A stretch of 64,000 nucleotides of DNA from Parcubacteria group bacterium M6-OD1-3 (lineage in GTDB: Bacteria > Patescibacteriota > Minisyncoccia > Moranbacterales > UBA9337), in the NCBI GenBank assembly GCA_003056165.1, contig LSNR01000014.1:70408-134407 (forward strand), written 5' to 3'. Below the pieces are notes generated by a model. That model had not been told where the DNA came from, searched no databases, and was given only the letters and a program-made list of their open reading frames with translations. Each line of letters begins with the position of its first letter. Within the stretch, counting starts at the first letter, position 1. The translations under genes were made by a program, and so were the position numbers. Below are positions 49,556 to 58,281 of this stretch, one piece after another.

Positions 49556-50578
49556 ATGAAAATTAACAAGCTTAAAATAGAAAGAAGAGTGTTTAATATT
49601 AATTTAAAATTTTATTTTTTCTTAAAACACTTGGTAAAAATTAAATTATCAGATATTCAAGCGAGTAAGCTTTTTAAAGTATATACTTTAAATCAAAAAA
49701 TAGGATACAAAAGAAATATTACAAAATTAGTAAAATTTACAGAAGCTGAGCTAAAAAGTGGGAGCGATAAACAGAATTTTTTATTTGATATATTAGATGA
49801 GATAGATAGTAGTGTTGATTTAAAATTGTTTATTTTTAGTTTAAATTTGTACATGATTAAAGATTTGCTTTTGCAAGAAGCAAAGCTTAAAGATTTATTA
49901 GATACATCAAATCTTGATAATTTAGATCCGTTATCCTTAGAATATGATAAAATAACCTTGTATAGTCCATATTCGACGAGGGTAAATGGTGCTTTATTAT
50001 CATTGATATTTTTTGATAAATTGGAAAAACAAGAGGCTAATTTTATTTCAAGGGATGCTGACAATTTTGTGAAAAAATTGTCAAAAATTGCGATAGATTT
50101 AAAAAATAAAGGATTGGAGCCAAATCAGATATTTATGTTGATGTTTAGCGAAAGCATAAATCAGTCTATAATAAGTGATAGTGGGTCAAATTATGAAGAT
50201 AGAATTTTAGTAGTTCTAACTTCCATAGGGATTGATGAAGCTAAAATAAAAAAAACTCATGATAAGAATGACGCCTCAACTGAGTTTGATTTTTTCTTTG
50301 AGTTAAATAATAAAACCTATGGAATAGGGGCAAAAAGGACATTAAGAGAAAGATACAAGCAATTCATTAAAACTGCTCAAATGAGTCAAATTGATATAAT
50401 GATAGAAATTACACTAGGTTTAGATTTAAACGAGGAAAAAGCAAAAAATATTCTTAAGCACGGTATTTATATTTTTTTGTCTGATGAAGTTTATCAGTCG
50501 AGAGATTTTTTGAAAAAAATGGAAGGTGTTTTTTCTGTGAAAGAGCTGACATTAAAAACATTAAAATATCTAGAATAA
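49556..50578 (+). CDS. Type II restriction endonuclease (EcoRII-C/SsoII-like catalytic motif)
   Basis: EFDF...GAKRTLRERYKQ; starts 1 bp after the MTase stop. Confidence 0.75.
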   Translation: MKINKLKIERRVFNINLKFYFFLKHLVKIKLSDIQASKLFKVYTLNQKIGYKRNITKLVKFTEAELKSGSDKQNFLFDILDEIDSSVDLKLFIFSLNLYMIKDLLLQEAKLKDLLDTSNLDNLDPLSLEYDKITLYSPYSTRVNGALLSLIFFDKLEKQEANFISRDADNFVKKLSKIAIDLKNKGLEPNQIFMLMFSESINQSIISDSGSNYEDRILVVLTSIGIDEAKIKKTHDKNDASTEFDFFFELNNKTYGIGAKRTLRERYKQFIKTAQMSQIDIMIEITLGLDLNEEKAKNILKHGIYIFLSDEVYQSRDFLKKMEGVFSVKELTLKTLKYLE

Positions 50579-50589
50579 AGTTTTGTTTT

Positions 50590-50838
50590 CTAGCTACTCA
50601 TCTTTAATTTTATTTCTTCGTCTTGCAATGATTGAATGACATCGTCTAAATCACCAGCAAGAGTATTTTCTAAACCGCTCTAAGATTTTTTAATACGATG
50701 ATTAGTGACGCGGTCTTGCGGAAAATTACAAATACGAATTTTTTCACTATGGTCACCTATTCCAATTTGTTCTTTGCGTTATTCGCCTAGCTCTTGCACG
50801 TGCTTGTCTTCTTTCATTTGCAATAGACGAGAACGCAA
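50590..50838 (-). pseudogene. prfA: Degraded 3' fragment of peptide chain release factor 1
   Basis: LRSRLL...[36 protein letters not shown]...GDLDDVI; two internal stops, no 5' part. Confidence 0.9.
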
Positions 50839-50906
50839 AAATTTTATTTGCAATTTACAAAAAAGTGATCAATAATAAAAGTGTAAAGATTATTTTTTTG
50901 TTCACT

Positions 50907-51335
50907 ATGAAAATAAGTAAAGATTTAGCTATTAAAATTTTAAAGTATTTGGATCAGCATAAAAGTTTTTATTTTCCTTTTTTAGTGATGTGCAAAGAAT
51001 ATACGGAAGAGGATAATGATTTTGTAGAAATTGAGCCAGAAGAATGGAAAAATATCGCAGAAAATGATATATATCAAACATTTGAGTTGTGGGAGAATTT
51101 ACAAAATTTAGATGAAGAAACATTAGAATTAATGTCGAAAGGATTTATAGAAAAGATTGAAAGTAGAAATGTAATAGATGAAATTTCAAAATTAGCGAAA
51201 GAATATAGAAAGAAATGGAAGGTGGAGTTATGGGAATCTGAAGATATTGAAGAATTTGGGATGAATGAATATTATGGTGGCAAAGCTGAAGGACTTGAGG
51301 AAGCACTCGAAATATTACAAGAAGTGAAATTATAG
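50907..51335 (+). CDS. Acidic hypothetical protein (start re-assigned from 50865)
   Basis: ORF MKISKDLAIKILKYL...GGKAEGLEEAL. Confidence 0.75.
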   Translation: MKISKDLAIKILKYLDQHKSFYFPFLVMCKEYTEEDNDFVEIEPEEWKNIAENDIYQTFELWENLQNLDEETLELMSKGFIEKIESRNVIDEISKLAKEYRKKWKVELWESEDIEEFGMNEYYGGKAEGLEEALEILQEVKL

Positions 51336-51419
51336 GCAACTGGATTTTGGGTAAAGAAGTCAAAAGATTATAATTTTCTTTTAATTATGCACGAGCATTT
51401 GTTTGTATTTCAGAAATAA
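51336..51419 (+). pseudogene. C-terminal remnant of an N4/N6 DNA methyltransferase
   Basis: ATGFWVKKSKDYNFLLIMHEHLFVFQK* resembles the HNCxATGxW...YNFLLxxHExLFVF.K end of this MTase family. Confidence 0.7.
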
Positions 51420-51599
51420 AAGTAAAAAGAAGAATAGTGGATATGAAAATGAAAACAAGAATTAAAACAAAGAAAAACAAAAGTATGACATTTCTAAATG
51501 TAATTGACAAAAACAAAAAATCTCTTGATTTTTTTGTTAAAATAGGTTAGCTTGAAGTTAGTATTTTTGAAAAATTAAATAAAAACAGGGGGGCGAAGA

Positions 51600-52226
51600 A
51601 TGAAAAAATTAATAGAAGAACTTAAAATAAGGTCTATCGAGGATGCTTTATTTTTTGGCTCGATGACGATTTTGGCTGTTCTAAAGAAAAGAATAGCTCA
51701 ACAAGAATTATTCGCGAATAAATTGAGGGAGCTATTAAAAGTTCCTAGCACAAGTGATATTGAGCTAAAGTCTACTAATAAGAATTTGGTAGTAATTAAC
51801 AAAGAAATTAAAGCACTTAATTCATTAATTCTTGAAGCCAGATGCAAGCCACCTTTAGTTCCTTACCGCGAGGATTGGTTTACAATGAATGAGGAAGTTA
51901 TTTGCTTTATTGATGGAGAATTTGTGCCGGCGAAAATTTATAATAATAGAGATACATACAAAGATGGTACGGTTGCTCTGGCTGTTGTTTACGGCAGGCG
52001 AGTCAGACCGGATGGTTTTTTCAGCGGGTACGGAGATATGTATTCTATCTCCGACCCGCGAATTATGAAAAAATGGGAATATGAATATTTTTGCCAACAT
52101 TTTCGCTTTGCAAAAAAGTGGGCAATAATGGCAGAAGAAAAGGACTCAGGATTTAACTCTTTTGAATTCATGACCAAGATATTTGCCATTTCATGTGCCA
52201 AAGGGTATATGAAATGGAAAATATAA
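51600..52226 (+). CDS. Hypothetical protein (208 aa)
   Basis: AGGGGG RBS; coiled coil followed by a beta-rich region. Confidence 0.7.
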   Translation: MKKLIEELKIRSIEDALFFGSMTILAVLKKRIAQQELFANKLRELLKVPSTSDIELKSTNKNLVVINKEIKALNSLILEARCKPPLVPYREDWFTMNEEVICFIDGEFVPAKIYNNRDTYKDGTVALAVVYGRRVRPDGFFSGYGDMYSISDPRIMKKWEYEYFCQHFRFAKKWAIMAEEKDSGFNSFEFMTKIFAISCAKGYMKWKI

Positions 52227-52272
52227 TATATTGGCATAGTTTTTTATTAAAAATCAAGATGGAGAAAAAAAG

Positions 52273-52485
52273 ATGGAAATCCCAACGGTTATTAATGGTC
52301 GAAGTGTTAGAATTTCAGTTCCCGAAGGAGCAGTGCTTGGTGATTTAGCACAGCTTACTCAAATGGAAATGCAAATTTCCCCTGATCAGGAATTGGTTGT
52401 AGCTAAAAATGGAAAGCCTTGTGTTGTTAGTCAGGACCATATACTGTGTCCCGACGATGTTGCTGTTTGGCGACAGAAGGATTAA
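52273..52485 (+). CDS. Small beta-grasp (ThiS/MoaD/ubiquitin-like) protein without C-terminal GG
   Basis: GGAG RBS; ISVPEGAVLGDL...VVAKNG...L..DD.V pattern; terminator-like hairpin near 52519-52552. Confidence 0.55.
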   Translation: MEIPTVINGRSVRISVPEGAVLGDLAQLTQMEMQISPDQELVVAKNGKPCVVSQDHILCPDDVAVWRQKD

Positions 52486-52858
52486 ATAAGATTTTATCTT
52501 CTCTTGACGAGGGAAGCTGAGTACTTGGAAATTTTTCCTGGTACTCTTTTTATTTTAATAAAAATTTACGCCGACTTACATACAACTTCTCACAAAATAA
52601 CTTCCTACTGCAATTTCTCAAAACTAAAAATTTTTGTAACGAAACTTATTTTGCAAGAAATCTATAATTTTCATTTGTCTATAAGAAGAGTCTGACAGTT
52701 TTCGCTTATAAAGTGGAGTATATTTTTGTTTTTGCAGTGAAATAGAAAGGAATTTTTAAAAAGTTTGGATGTTTAGGTGGAAGTGTGATAAAATTAAATT
52801 GTGTTTTTAGAAAAAATAAATTAGTGTTAATTATTAAAATATTCTAGATAAAATAAAA

Positions 52859-54241
52859 ATGAGCAAAAAAAATAAAATAATTTTAGGGAGTATTGGTATA
52901 GTCGTGATAATGATGGGGATAATAGGGTTTTATAGTTTTAAAAAGACGAGTAAGATTTCAATCCTTTCGAATTCAATTTCCATAGCGAAAAGTGTTATCA
53001 ATTTATTGCCAATTAAAGAAGACGCTAAAAAAGAGATGCAAACGATAGATGCTTTATCCAAAGAATTTATTAAACAAGACGGGCGAGAGAGGCGCTATTT
53101 GATTTTATTGCAAAATAATATGGAATTGCGACCAGGTGGCGGTTTTTTGGGGCAATATGCAGTAATGAAAATAAAAAATGGAGAAATCAGTAAATTGTAT
53201 TTCGAGGATGCAAATTTATTAGACCAACGAATTCGAGCGAAAATTCCTGCTCCATATCCATTTAAGAGAATGATGAGTATAAAAAAATGGAAATTTCGCG
53301 ATTCTAATTTTTCACCCGATTTTCCAACGAATGTGGAGAAGGCAAAATATTTCTATCGACTTTCTGGACGAAATAATAATTTTGACGGTGTAATTGCTCT
53401 TAATGCAGATACTTTTAATCATATTTTTGACTTAACAGGACCGTTAACTGTACCCGGTTACGGAGTGAAATTGGACAGTAAAAACGCTACTTTAAAATTG
53501 GAAGAAATTGTTGAAAAAAAATATATTTTAGATGATAGTATTGATACGCAAAACAGAAAAGCAATTATGAAAAGTTTGATGCATTTAATCGCGGATAAAC
53601 TTAATGGCATTGGCAATGTTCCAAAAATTTCAAAGTTTGTTTTAAATGAGTTGCGGAATAAAGATGTAATGCTTAATTTTAAAGATGCGAAATTACAAAA
53701 AATGGTGGAGGATGTTCATTGGGGCGGTAAAGTATCGGAAGATTGGGCTGGTGACTATTTAATGTTGTCCGATGCTAATATGGGAGCTTTGAAAACAAAT
53801 TATTATGTAACGCGGGAAATTAATTATAATGTTGATTTAACTGGCGAGAAGCCAATTGCCGACTTGGAAGTTCTCTACAAAAACAGTGCTACTTACGGAG
53901 ATTGGCGAACTAGTGATTATCATTCGTATTTCAGAGTTTATGTTCCCAAAGGTTCAAATTTGTTAGAAAGAAAAATGGTTAGTTATCCACTTGTGCAAGA
54001 AGATTTTGGCAAAACATATTTTGGATTTTTATTGCATGTTTTGATGAATAGGCAAACTGATATTAAACTTAAATATGAACTTCCGGAAAGTGTTAGAAAT
54101 GGCGATTATAAATTACTTATTCAAAAGCAATCCGGAATGGGAGATGTGCCAGTGAAAATTCATATCAAAACTAAAGATGGAGAATTTAATCGAGAAGCAA
54201 TTCTCAAGAAAGACTTAAAATTTGAAGTAAAAGAGCAGTAG
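52859..54241 (+). CDS. DUF4012-like exported protein of EPS loci
   Basis: YLILLQNNMELRPGGGFLG, RDSNFSPDFP, QKQSG. Confidence 0.85.
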   Translation: MSKKNKIILGSIGIVVIMMGIIGFYSFKKTSKISILSNSISIAKSVINLLPIKEDAKKEMQTIDALSKEFIKQDGRERRYLILLQNNMELRPGGGFLGQYAVMKIKNGEISKLYFEDANLLDQRIRAKIPAPYPFKRMMSIKKWKFRDSNFSPDFPTNVEKAKYFYRLSGRNNNFDGVIALNADTFNHIFDLTGPLTVPGYGVKLDSKNATLKLEEIVEKKYILDDSIDTQNRKAIMKSLMHLIADKLNGIGNVPKISKFVLNELRNKDVMLNFKDAKLQKMVEDVHWGGKVSEDWAGDYLMLSDANMGALKTNYYVTREINYNVDLTGEKPIADLEVLYKNSATYGDWRTSDYHSYFRVYVPKGSNLLERKMVSYPLVQEDFGKTYFGFLLHVLMNRQTDIKLKYELPESVRNGDYKLLIQKQSGMGDVPVKIHIKTKDGEFNREAILKKDLKFEVKEQ

Positions 54242-54287
54242 AATGTTTTGGCACTACCAATAAATGTGCAGTCTATCTCAAAAAACA

Positions 54288-55501
54288 ATGAAACTTATTT
54301 TAATAAAATTTGGGAAGGCATGGATGACTATTCGGAAAAATGGTTTGATTAAGGGCGGAAGAAGGGTGCTGGAATATTTATTTGTTTTTTTGAAAGCATT
54401 CTTTAGCGCTAGAAGAGGAGATATTTTATTCATTACTGGAGGAGTGGGAGATAGTGCTCATTATCGTTCGTATAATGTGGCGGAAGAATTAAAAAAATAC
54501 GGCTTCAAATGTTCGGTGATGATTCAAGATAACCCATTTTTATATCGCTATGCAACAGGTTTTAAAATTTTTATTTTTCAAAAAACAATTACTACGCCAA
54601 CTTTAAATAAATTAATTAAAGAAATTAAAAACAAGAAAAAGAAATTATTTTTGAAGCTGATGATTTGATTTTTGATGAAAAATATTTACAGCAGATGGAT
54701 TATTGGAAACAGATGGATAACTTTACTAAAAAACAATATGCTGGTGGGCAGGGTAGTGAAATTCTGAATGATGATTATGTAAAAGTCTGTACAACAACAA
54801 CGACTTTTTTAAAAAAGAAATTGGAAGAGTATGGTAAAAAAGTTTTTTTGGTACCAAATAGAGTTTGTGATGCGGAGTTGACAATAGCGAATAGATTGTG
54901 GGAAGAAAAATTGGAAAATAAAAATCCTTCTTTTCCAGTTACTCCCTTGAAAAGTGATGAGGAGATACGAATCGGTTATTTTAGTGGAACGATTTCGCAC
55001 AATAAAGATTTTGCTACAGTAACAGATGTCCTAATGAGAATTATTGAGAAATACAAAAAAGTAAAATTGGTTTTAGTTGGACCACTAGATATTGAAAATA
55101 AATTAAATAAGTTTGCGGATAGAATAGAACAATTGCCGATGGTTTCGCGTCAAAAACATTATGCTAATGTGGCGAGTGTAGATATAAACATTTCTCCCTT
55201 GGAAATAAACAATGAATTCTGTCAATCAAAATCAGAGTTGAAATTTTTTGAAGCGGGAATTGTTGGTGTTCCGACAGTGGCGACGGCGACGCAAACTTTT
55301 CAAGAAGCAATAAATGATGGAATAGATGGTTTTGTGGCAAAAGACGAGAATGAGTGGTTTGAAAAGTTGGAAAAACTTATTGCGAATAATAATTTTCGTG
55401 TTAAAATGGGAAAAGAAGCCAGAAAAACAGTCTTGAAAAAATATACTGTTAAAAATAGTAATAATGAGGTTTATTATAAATATTTAAGAAAAATTATTTA
55501 G
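54288..55501 (+). pseudogene. Glycosyltransferase split by a single -1 frameshift near 54627-54640
   Basis: Adding one A gives KEIKKQEKEIIFEADDLIFDEKYL, joining ORFs 54264..54668 and 54665..55501; KSELKFFEAG motif. Confidence 0.85.
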
Positions 55502-55538
55502 TAGTGACTTGGTCACTACTAACATTGTTGATGAAATT

Positions 55539-55646
55539 ATGAGAAGATTTAGAAAAAAAGTGCGAATTATTTGGATAATCATTTCTTTACTGGCGGTTAT
55601 TTCAATGGTTGGATTTTTGATTGCTCCGGCTTTTATGGGATATTAA
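55539..55646 (+). CDS. 35-aa single-TM small protein
   Basis: MRRFRKKVRIIWIIISLLAVISMVGFLIAPAFMGY; below the ORF-track cutoff. Confidence 0.65.
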   Translation: MRRFRKKVRIIWIIISLLAVISMVGFLIAPAFMGY

Positions 55647-55709
55647 AAGTAGTTAAATAAATTCGTATAATATATTAATAATTTTAATTAATTTAATTTT
55701 TAAATAGCA

Positions 55710-56102
55710 ATGCGTTTGTTTGTGATTATCTTTTTCGTGTTTGCAATAGCAGGTGTTACAATTTTTTTATCCGCTCCGGCGATTAAAGAATTTCGTCGCT
55801 CTAAAGCAATTGATAAAGAGATTAGTGAATTGCAAGCAGAGGCTGAAAAAATAAATACTGATAATAATTTTTTAAGGGAAAAGATTAAATATTTAAAATC
55901 TGATGATTACAAGGAACGTGTAGCCAAAGATAGACTTAATTTGCGAAATCCCGGCGAAAAAATCATTGTCGTGCAACCTGGTATTGGTCAAGAAAACAAT
56001 CAAAATGAAAATTCAAACCAACAAAATAACATCAATAGCTCTGCTGAAAATGAGTCCTTATCCAATGTTCAAAAATGGTATAAATTTTTATTTGGAAAAT
56101 AG
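55710..56102 (+). CDS. Septum formation initiator (FtsB/DivIC family)
   Basis: TM, coiled coil, ERVAKDRLNL..PGE. Confidence 0.85.
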   Translation: MRLFVIIFFVFAIAGVTIFLSAPAIKEFRRSKAIDKEISELQAEAEKINTDNNFLREKIKYLKSDDYKERVAKDRLNLRNPGEKIIVVQPGIGQENNQNENSNQQNNINSSAENESLSNVQKWYKFLFGK

Positions 56103-56197
56103 CTCTTGCAGTTATGGTAATTAGGTTACCGTAATTACAAGATGTTGTTTTTTGTTGATAAAAGTTGTATAATTTAAGCGACATTAAATTAAAAATT

Positions 56198-57373
56198 ATG
56201 CGCATTGGAATTGACGCAAGAACAATTTTAAATCCAAAGAAAGGTGATGCGATTGGTGTCGGTCATTATACTTATCAATTGATAAGTCATATTTTGGATA
56301 TTGATAAAGAAAATGAGTATGTTATTTTCTTTGACTTTAAAGTGAGAGAAAAAGATATTAGAAAATTTACTCGTTCAAATTCTACTATAAGATTTTATCC
56401 ATTTTCAGATTACAGAAAATATCTTCCTGGTGCCTATAACGAAATTCTGACTGCTGGAACTTTGCGTAAAGAAAATCTAGATGTCTTGCATTCAACTTCT
56501 CCAACGAGTAGAATTCCTATGAGCTACACTGGGAAAACAATGGTTACTTTTCATGATATGGCGATGTACAAAATTCCCGAATGTTTTCCTAGAACTAAAA
56601 TGGCACGAGAAAAAATTTCTTATAAGCTAATGGCAAACAAGGTCGATAAAATTATTGCCGTTTCCGAGTCAATAAAAAACGACATTGAAAATATTTTCAA
56701 TGTCGGCTCAAAAACGGAAGTAATTCATAGTGGGCTAGATAAGCGCTTTTTTGAGAATTTTTGTGCAGGATCAGAGAGAGTTTTGGGAGAGTTTGGAATT
56801 AAAAAAAAATATATTCTTTTTTTAGGAACCATTGAGCCGAGTAAAAATATCACCAGACTTTTGCAGGCCTTCTCAGAATTCAAAAAGAAATTTATTCAAG
56901 AAAAATTTAAAATTAGTGGAAGAAAAAGGTTTGACTATCAACTTGTTTTAGCAGGTAAGAGAGGTTGGTTGGCAAAAGAATATATTCAAATCATTAAAGA
57001 TCTTGGTTTAAAAAAAGATGTAATTTTTACTGGCTATATAATTGGTGATGAACTTTGTCCATTATTTAGAAAATCAGAATTTTTTATATTACCATCATTA
57101 TATGAAGGATTTGGAATGACAGTTTTGGAGGCTTTTGCTACGGAAACGCCGGCAATAATTTCGCAAACTGAATCACTGAAAGAAATTGCTGGTAATTCTG
57201 CTTATTATGTAAATCCACTGGATGTAAATGAGATAGCTGAAGCTATTATGAAATTTTCCAAAGATGAACAGCTTCGAGATGAATACAGGAAAAAGGGTCT
57301 GGAACGAGTCCGCAAATTTGATTGGGATGATGTTGCGCGAAAAACTATTAATATTTATAAAAGCCTCAAATAA
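56198..57373 (+). CDS. GT4 family glycosyltransferase (start re-assigned from 56165)
   Basis: MRIGIDAR, GTIEPSKN, PSLYEGFG...LEAF. Confidence 0.92.
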   Translation: MRIGIDARTILNPKKGDAIGVGHYTYQLISHILDIDKENEYVIFFDFKVREKDIRKFTRSNSTIRFYPFSDYRKYLPGAYNEILTAGTLRKENLDVLHSTSPTSRIPMSYTGKTMVTFHDMAMYKIPECFPRTKMAREKISYKLMANKVDKIIAVSESIKNDIENIFNVGSKTEVIHSGLDKRFFENFCAGSERVLGEFGIKKKYILFLGTIEPSKNITRLLQAFSEFKKKFIQEKFKISGRKRFDYQLVLAGKRGWLAKEYIQIIKDLGLKKDVIFTGYIIGDELCPLFRKSEFFILPSLYEGFGMTVLEAFATETPAIISQTESLKEIAGNSAYYVNPLDVNEIAEAIMKFSKDEQLRDEYRKKGLERVRKFDWDDVARKTINIYKSLK

Positions 57374-57386
57374 ATACCAAAGGATA

Positions 57387-57414
57387 TTGACTTTTATTTA
57401 AGAATCGTTATAAT
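57387..57414 (+). promoter_or_regulatory. Sigma70-type promoter for the tRNA-Lys locus
   Basis: TTGACT-N16-TATAAT. Confidence 0.65.
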
Positions 57415-57462
57415 AAATTCTGTTGTCTTTTATTTTATTTAAATAAAATAAAATAAAAATTT

Positions 57463-57500
57463 GCGCCGTTAGCTCAGTTCCCGCCAAAAGGAAAGGCGGA
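57463..57500 (+). other. tRNA-Lys 5' fragment (17 nt) followed by a GC hairpin
   Basis: gcgccgttagctcagtt is identical to 57561-57577, then ccgcc-aaaaggaaa-ggcgg. Confidence 0.8.
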
Positions 57501-57560
57501 CAGGGTCCAAGAAACAGCCATGAATTATGTTGGTTGATTAAAATTTAAAAATATGTGCTT

Positions 57561-57633
57561 GCGCCGTTAGCTCAGTTGGTAGAGCAACAGCCTTTTAAGC
57601 TGATGGTCGGGGGTTCAAATCCCTCACGGCGCA
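57561..57633 (+). tRNA. tRNA-Lys(TTT)
   Basis: 73-nt cloverleaf, cagc-ctTTTaa-gctg anticodon arm, GGTTCAAATCC. Confidence 0.95.
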
Positions 57634-58021
57634 CAACTAAATTTAGCTAAAACTAAGAAAGATGTTAAAGGGTTCATCTGGCATTCGCCAGATGCCCAGC
57701 GAATGCAGGGCAAATCCCTCACGGCGCACAACTAAATTTAGCTAAAACTAAGAAAGATGTTAAAGGGTTCATCTGGCATTCGCCAGATGCCCAGCGAATG
57801 CAGGGCAAATCCCTCACGGCGCACAACTAAATTTAGCTAAAACTAAGAAAGATGTTAAAGGGTTCATCTGGCATTCGCCAGATGCCCAGCGAATGCAGGG
57901 CAAATCCCTCACGGCGCACAACTAAATTTAGCTAAAACTAAGAAAGATGTTAAAGGGTTCATCTGGCATTCGCCAGATGCCCAGCGAATGCAGGGCAAAT
58001 CCCTCACGGCGCACAACTAAA
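57616..58021 (+). repeat. Perfect 95-bp tandem repeat, 4 full copies plus a 26-bp partial, each carrying the tRNA-Lys 3' end
   Basis: Units start at 57616, 57711, 57806, 57901 and 57996 (caaatccctcacggcgca...). Confidence 0.97.
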
Positions 58022-58118
58022 ACTTCTTACAATTAATAACTAGTTAATAATCAGTAGTTAACGCCGACGCTTAGTTGGTAGAGCTGATAGTAACTAACTT
58101 ACTATCAGGGTTTTTAAA

Positions 58119-58159
58119 TTAAATGGATATTTAAATATCCATTTAAATATCCATTTAAA
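58119..58159. repeat. 28-bp palindrome plus two TATCCATTTAAA 12-mers
   Basis: ttaaatggatattt|aaatatccatttaa; same unit as 44963-45022. Confidence 0.85.
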
Positions 58160-58281
58160 TAATTTTAATAACACTATTAAAAACTTAATCAATATATAAT
58201 ATTGATTTTTTTGTTTTTTAAATGGTATAATACGAGTGTAATTTTTGATGATAAATCAGAGGAGATAATTTAAAAAAACAG

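Noticed and set aside
57616-58021. CRISPR array
   Set aside because: Units are identical over the whole 95 bp, with no unique spacers, and no cas genes are in the window.
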